A DNA stretch of 64,000 nucleotides from Ignavibacteria bacterium. GTDB lineage: Bacteria > Bacteroidota > Ignavibacteria > Tepidaquicellales > OLB5. Below, in pieces: positions 59,492 to 64,000 of the stretch; position 1 is the first letter of the stretch, and the number at the start of each line of letters is the position of its first letter. The notes beneath the pieces were generated by a model. It was not told where the DNA came from and made no database searches. It was given only the letters and a program-made list of their open reading frames with translations. The stretch covers positions 3,991 through 67,990 of the forward strand of contig JADZAP010000030.1 of assembly GCA_020852705.1 (NCBI GenBank). The letters are read 5' to 3'. The translations under genes were made by a program, and so were the position numbers.

Positions 59492-62035
59492 TTGAAACAG
59501 GTATCTATTAAATTAATTATTTTACTGATTTTTAGCTCTAACTTATTGATATTTTCACAAAGTTCAGTATTAAAAGGTAAAATTACAAATCCCGATGGCA
59601 GTCCAATTGGATTAGTTAAAATAAAATTAAATTCTGAAGATATAACCAATATCACAAAAAAAACTGATAAAAAAGGGGAATTCATATTTGGAGGATTAAG
59701 TAAAGGAACATATTCAATAATAGCACAGCTTGAAGGATATAAATCTGCAGAGAGAAAAAATATTATTCTCAACGGATTTGATACGTTAAATATAGATATT
59801 CTACTAGATGCGGAAAGTTATTCTACCGAAGAAATTGATGTAGTTTCTAAGCGATTTAAACAGGCACAAAACGATATGCGGACAAGTCTGTTAAATTTGG
59901 AGCCAAAGACAACAAGGGTAATTCCGGGAGTTGGTGAAGATGTACTCCGTTCGCTTCAAACTTTGCCGGGTGTAAGTGCACCAAATGATTTTTCATCTCA
60001 ATTAATAATTCGTGGTTCAGGACCTGACCAAAACCTGATTGTAATGGATAACATTGAAATTTTTAATCCATACAGATTGTACGGTGTGTTTAGTATGTTT
60101 AACCCCGAAACACTTGAAGATATAAACTTAATAACAGGCGGGTTTCCATCAAGATACGGTGACAGACTTTCTGCAGTACTTGATGTAACAAACCGCGAGG
60201 GAAGCAAAACCAAATATTTTACCGGACAAACAAATATAAATATTGCCAATGCAAATTTAGTTTTCAGCGGTAAAATTCCATTTAAAAATATTCCGGGTTC
60301 ATGGATATTTTCAACACGGAGAAGTTATTATGATTTGATAATAGGACCGTTTGCAAAAAAATCGGGATTAATTGATGAGTCAGCATCTTTTCCTGCATTT
60401 GAGGATATTCAGGGAAAGATAACATTAGGTCCGTGGAAAGAGCATAAAATTATTTTAAACGGAATTTATTCCAAAGATGGTGTAAATATAATACCGGGTG
60501 AATCTAAAGAGATGGAAGACAGTATTTCAGTCAGAGATAATTCAACCAATGATGTAATTGGACTTGCATGGCATTATGCACCAAATAATAAATTTCTTAC
60601 CAGAACAACATTTTCGTGGTACAGAAATAAAGGAGATGCACAATTTGGAGGCGAACTGCTTGACCCCGTACTTGACCGTGAAATATATACTCCGGAGGTA
60701 CGAGACAGCTTAAGAGCACTAGGGCTTTTTTTAGGGATTGGCTTTAAATCCAAATATACCTTCAGAAAATACGCCATACAAAATAATACAATATTTATTT
60801 CCAAGCATCACAAAACTGAAATTGGCGGAGGGATTGACATAATGAAAACTGACCTTGAGTTTTCAATTCAGCTTGATGACAGACTTAGAACTCTGGCACA
60901 GAACAATCCGAATTTCAGTGCAATTTCCACAGGACAGCTTGACGGAAAAAATTACTACCGTGCAAATGTTTATTTTCAGGACAGAGCTGAAATTTCAAAA
61001 AAATTATTTACGCAGTTTGGTGCCAGGTTAGACTATTTTGCAATAAATAAAAAACTTTACCTTTCACCGCGGTTCAATTTATCTTATGCAATAGATAAAG
61101 TAACAACCATAAGGGCAGCAACAGGAATTTATTATCAATCACCCGGTTATGAAAAACTAATTGACCAGCAGACATTTTACGACCTTTCAGAAGAGAAATC
61201 AAAGAACTTAGAAGCAGAGCGCTCAATACATTACATTGCAGGAATTGAAAGATGGCTAACAAATGATATGCTGATTAAATTTGAAGGATACTACAAACAA
61301 TTCAGCAATCTGATTGTACAGGAAAAGCTTACCGGTTACAGATATGAATTTTACAGGTACGACCCAAATAACAATGACCCTGAATATTTGCGAAACCCTG
61401 TAAATTGGTACAGAAGCAGTGAAAAACTTCCATTTGATTCTCTTACAATTACTCCCGTTAATGGTGCAAGCGGAAAATCTTACGGATTTGAATTTTATTT
61501 TGAAAAGAAATCGGTAAATCCAAGTGATAAATTCAACGGTTGGCTAAGTTACTCGTTAAGTTTTGCAAACAGGCACAGAGACGGCATTATTACACCATTT
61601 AGATATGACCAAAGGCATTCAGTTAATGTAGTGGCAAATTACAGAATTTTAAAATGGTTAGAGCTTGGTGCAAGATTTAATTTTTCTTCAAACTTTCCGG
61701 TTACCCTGCCTGTTGGAATACGCCCAAGGGTTGTTGGCGACTCACTTGCAGTACTGCCAATTGTTAATACAGTTCAGTTTGATTATGATTTTGGGGGTGA
61801 AGAAAATAAGCTTTCGGGAAGAAAACCTGTTTACCACAGACTTGATATTCGTGCAACTGCATATACTAAATTCTGGGGAATTGACTGGGCATTTTATCTG
61901 GATGTTATTAATGTTTATAACAAAAAAAATGTTATTGGTTATGATTTTTATATTGATAACAATCTTCAGGTTAAAATTAAACCAATCGGGCAGTTCCCTA
62001 TTTTACCGACTATCGGTATAAATGCAAGATTTTGA
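59492..62035 (+). CDS. TonB-dependent outer-membrane receptor with N-terminal carboxypeptidase-regulatory-like domain
   Basis: 847 aa. An Ig-like domain (VLKGKITNPDGSPI) is followed by a plug (LQTLPGV, IRG) and a beta-barrel ending in NARF. TTG start. Confidence 0.85.
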   Translation: MKQVSIKLIILLIFSSNLLIFSQSSVLKGKITNPDGSPIGLVKIKLNSEDITNITKKTDKKGEFIFGGLSKGTYSIIAQLEGYKSAERKNIILNGFDTLNIDILLDAESYSTEEIDVVSKRFKQAQNDMRTSLLNLEPKTTRVIPGVGEDVLRSLQTLPGVSAPNDFSSQLIIRGSGPDQNLIVMDNIEIFNPYRLYGVFSMFNPETLEDINLITGGFPSRYGDRLSAVLDVTNREGSKTKYFTGQTNINIANANLVFSGKIPFKNIPGSWIFSTRRSYYDLIIGPFAKKSGLIDESASFPAFEDIQGKITLGPWKEHKIILNGIYSKDGVNIIPGESKEMEDSISVRDNSTNDVIGLAWHYAPNNKFLTRTTFSWYRNKGDAQFGGELLDPVLDREIYTPEVRDSLRALGLFLGIGFKSKYTFRKYAIQNNTIFISKHHKTEIGGGIDIMKTDLEFSIQLDDRLRTLAQNNPNFSAISTGQLDGKNYYRANVYFQDRAEISKKLFTQFGARLDYFAINKKLYLSPRFNLSYAIDKVTTIRAATGIYYQSPGYEKLIDQQTFYDLSEEKSKNLEAERSIHYIAGIERWLTNDMLIKFEGYYKQFSNLIVQEKLTGYRYEFYRYDPNNNDPEYLRNPVNWYRSSEKLPFDSLTITPVNGASGKSYGFEFYFEKKSVNPSDKFNGWLSYSLSFANRHRDGIITPFRYDQRHSVNVVANYRILKWLELGARFNFSSNFPVTLPVGIRPRVVGDSLAVLPIVNTVQFDYDFGGEENKLSGRKPVYHRLDIRATAYTKFWGIDWAFYLDVINVYNKKNVIGYDFYIDNNLQVKIKPIGQFPILPTIGINARF

Positions 62036-62189
62036 AAAATATAAAAATTTTTGGTCAGGTTATAGGGACTGTACAAGTGCGGCATTTATACCGGCATAAT
62101 TGGAGTATTTATTATAATTATTTTTACTTAAATAATCAGTTTTATTTTATTTAAATAATAGTAATATTTAAACAAACTAAATAGAATTT

Positions 62190-64000
62190 ATGAACTTAAT
62201 ATGTTTTTTAAACCCTGTAAAAAGTAATACTGCCTGTAAATTTGGGAAATTGTTTATAATTGCTTTTGCCTTATTATTAATTAATACAACAACATATTCA
62301 CAGTTTGGGCAAAATAAAGTTCAGTACAAATTATTTGACTGGAAATTTTTACAAACTGCTCATTTTGATATATATTTCAGTCAAGGCGGAGATTACATTG
62401 CACAGTTTACTGCCGTTGCTGCAGAAAGCTCACTTGTTTCAATTGAAAATAATATAGGATACGGTATTAAAAAAAGGATACCTATAATAGTATATAATTC
62501 ACATAATGAATTTCAGCAAACAAATGCCATAGATGAATATTTATCAGAAGGAATTGGCGGTGTTACAGAGCTTTTTAAAAACCGAGTAGTTATACCGTTT
62601 GAAGGCGATTACGATAAATTCCGCCATGTAATACATCATGAACTTCTTCATGCATATATGAATGATCTATACTACGGAGGTTCAATTCAGAATATTATTT
62701 CATCAAATATTCAGCTTCAGTTTCCCGGATGGTTTTCCGAAGGAATGGCTGAGTATCAATCACTTGGCGGTATGGATAAAGCAAACGATATGTTTATGCG
62801 TGATGCTGTGATTTATGATTATATGCCTCCGTTAGATTATGTTGACGGCTACCTTGCATACCGGGGCGGTCAAAGTTTTTTTGCGTGGCTGGCTGATGAA
62901 TACGGAAAGGAAAAAATTGGAGACCTGATGATACAAATAAAAGGGCTTGGTGATGTTGATGAAGGGTTTGTTGATGTATATAATTTAGGAATAGAAAAGC
63001 TTTCAGAAAAATGGCATAAAGCATTAAAACAAGCTTATTGGCCGGATATTAATACCAGACAGGAACTAAACGATTTTGCAGAACGTCTTACAAATGGAAA
63101 AAATGGAGACGGATTTTATAATACTGCACCCGCAATTTCTCCTAACGGTAAAAAAATAGCATTCATTTCCAACAGAGACGGATATTTTTCAGTCTATATA
63201 GCTGATGTAAAAACAAAAAAGATTGATCAGAAACTAATTGCAGGAAGCCAGACCCCAAGCTTTGAAGAGCTGCATCTATTAGCACCCGGAATTAGCTGGT
63301 CGCCAAACGGCAGGAAGATTGCAATTTCAGTTAAAAGCGGTGATAAAGATGCAATTTATATTATAGATGTTAATTCCGGTGATAAAGAAGAACTTCCAAT
63401 ACAATTTGAGGGAATATTTTCAGTTGACTGGAATCCTGTAAATAACTCACTTGTATTCAGAGGAGATAATTCAAAACAGTCAGATATATGGATATATGAC
63501 CTTACAACTAGAAAACTTCAGCAGATAACCAATGACCTGTTTACAGATATTGACCCTAAATGGTCGCGTGACGGCAGGAAAATATATTTTACAAGTGACC
63601 GGGGGAATTACACTGTTGAGAGTGAAATTCCCAAGGATTTTACAATGAGCTGGTATGATTTTAAGGATAAAGACCTATATGTATATAATCTTGATGATAA
63701 CCTAATTACACGCTTTACCGAAGATAAACATGCAAATGAATCTAATGTTGTAAGCTCGCCTGACGGCAAAAAGATACTTTATATTTCAGATAGAAACGGC
63801 ATAGATAATATATGGATGCGAAACCTTGAAACAGGCGAAGAAAAGCCAATAACAAATTCAATTGATCCAATTTCATTGCTATCGCTTTCGGCTGACGGTA
63901 AAAGAGTTGCATTTAGTTCTTTAAATCAGGGCGGATACGATATTTTTTACCTTGAAAATCCGTTTGATATAGATTTGGGTATTAAGGAACTGCCTAATAC
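62190..64000 (+). CDS. secreted protein with HExxH metalloprotease-like domain followed by TolB-like PD40 repeats (C-terminus beyond window)
   Basis: Absent from the track because there is no stop in the window. My own translation from the ATG at 62190 reads MNLICFLNPV...TTYSQFGQNKVQY...FRHVIHHELLHAY...ISPNGKKIAFISNRDG...WSPNGRKIAISV...WSRDGRKIYFTSDR... Confidence 0.75.
   Translation, partial: MNLICFLNPVKSNTACKFGKLFIIAFALLLINTTTYSQFGQNKVQYKLFDWKFLQTAHFDIYFSQGGDYIAQFTAVAAESSLVSIENNIGYGIKKRIPIIVYNSHNEFQQTNAIDEYLSEGIGGVTELFKNRVVIPFEGDYDKFRHVIHHELLHAYMNDLYYGGSIQNIISSNIQLQFPGWFSEGMAEYQSLGGMDKANDMFMRDAVIYDYMPPLDYVDGYLAYRGGQSFFAWLADEYGKEKIGDLMIQIKGLGDVDEGFVDVYNLGIEKLSEKWHKALKQAYWPDINTRQELNDFAERLTNGKNGDGFYNTAPAISPNGKKIAFISNRDGYFSVYIADVKTKKIDQKLIAGSQTPSFEELHLLAPGISWSPNGRKIAISVKSGDKDAIYIIDVNSGDKEELPIQFEGIFSVDWNPVNNSLVFRGDNSKQSDIWIYDLTTRKLQQITNDLFTDIDPKWSRDGRKIYFTSDRGNYTVESEIPKDFTMSWYDFKDKDLYVYNLDDNLITRFTEDKHANESNVVSSPDGKKILYISDRNGIDNIWMRNLETGEEKPITNSIDPISLLSLSADGKRVAFSSLNQGGYDIFYLENPFDIDLGIKELPN

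Noticed and set aside
59473-59772. 99-aa minus-strand ORF overlapping the start of the TonB-dependent receptor
   Set aside because: It is antisense to the receptor's signal peptide and carboxypeptidase-regulatory-like domain, is hydrophobic junk, and has no independent support.

Overview
This is an AT-rich bacterial chromosome segment. No database search was possible, so every call rests on reading the ORF translations and the DNA directly. Three features point to an Ignavibacteria-like member of the Bacteroidota/Chlorobiota (FCB) group: a fused lpxC-fabZ gene, several proteins ending in T9SS-type C-terminal sorting domains (...YPNPFNP...GVYFYR...K-M-x-LVK), and an uppS-bamA-skp-skp-lpxD envelope cluster.

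Most of the window is housekeeping:
- ltaE (partial), gyrA, smpB, tyrS, pdaD, comEC, folE-queD, rmlA-rmlC and glgP
- a gnd-zwf-pgl oxidative pentose phosphate operon
- lpxC/fabZ, lpxD, 2x skp, bamA, uppS and a TonB-dependent receptor
- two tRNA-Arg genes

Things that stand out:
1. A 336-bp cassette sits next to tRNA-Arg(ACG). Its only ORF is a minimal 81-codon GIY-YIG nuclease. It is bracketed by perfect 42-bp direct repeats made of the 3' half of the tRNA, with the boundary in the anticodon loop. It is followed by a 101-nt tRNA-like structure carrying two inserted hairpins. This is my best candidate for something undescribed.
2. A ~4.4-kb T9SS cargo gene is split into four ORFs by two +1 frameshifts and one in-frame TAA.
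3. A ~170-nt hairpin-bearing intergenic repeat occurs twice in tandem (228-bp period), with a degenerate third copy 51 kb away.
4. A YegP-like (2x DUF1508) gene flanked by diverged ~100-bp direct repeats is wedged between lpxD and lpxC/fabZ.
5. A HisKA_2-type sensor kinase has Gly in place of its phospho-accepting His.

No CRISPR array, rRNA, transposase, integrase or recognisable defence system was seen.
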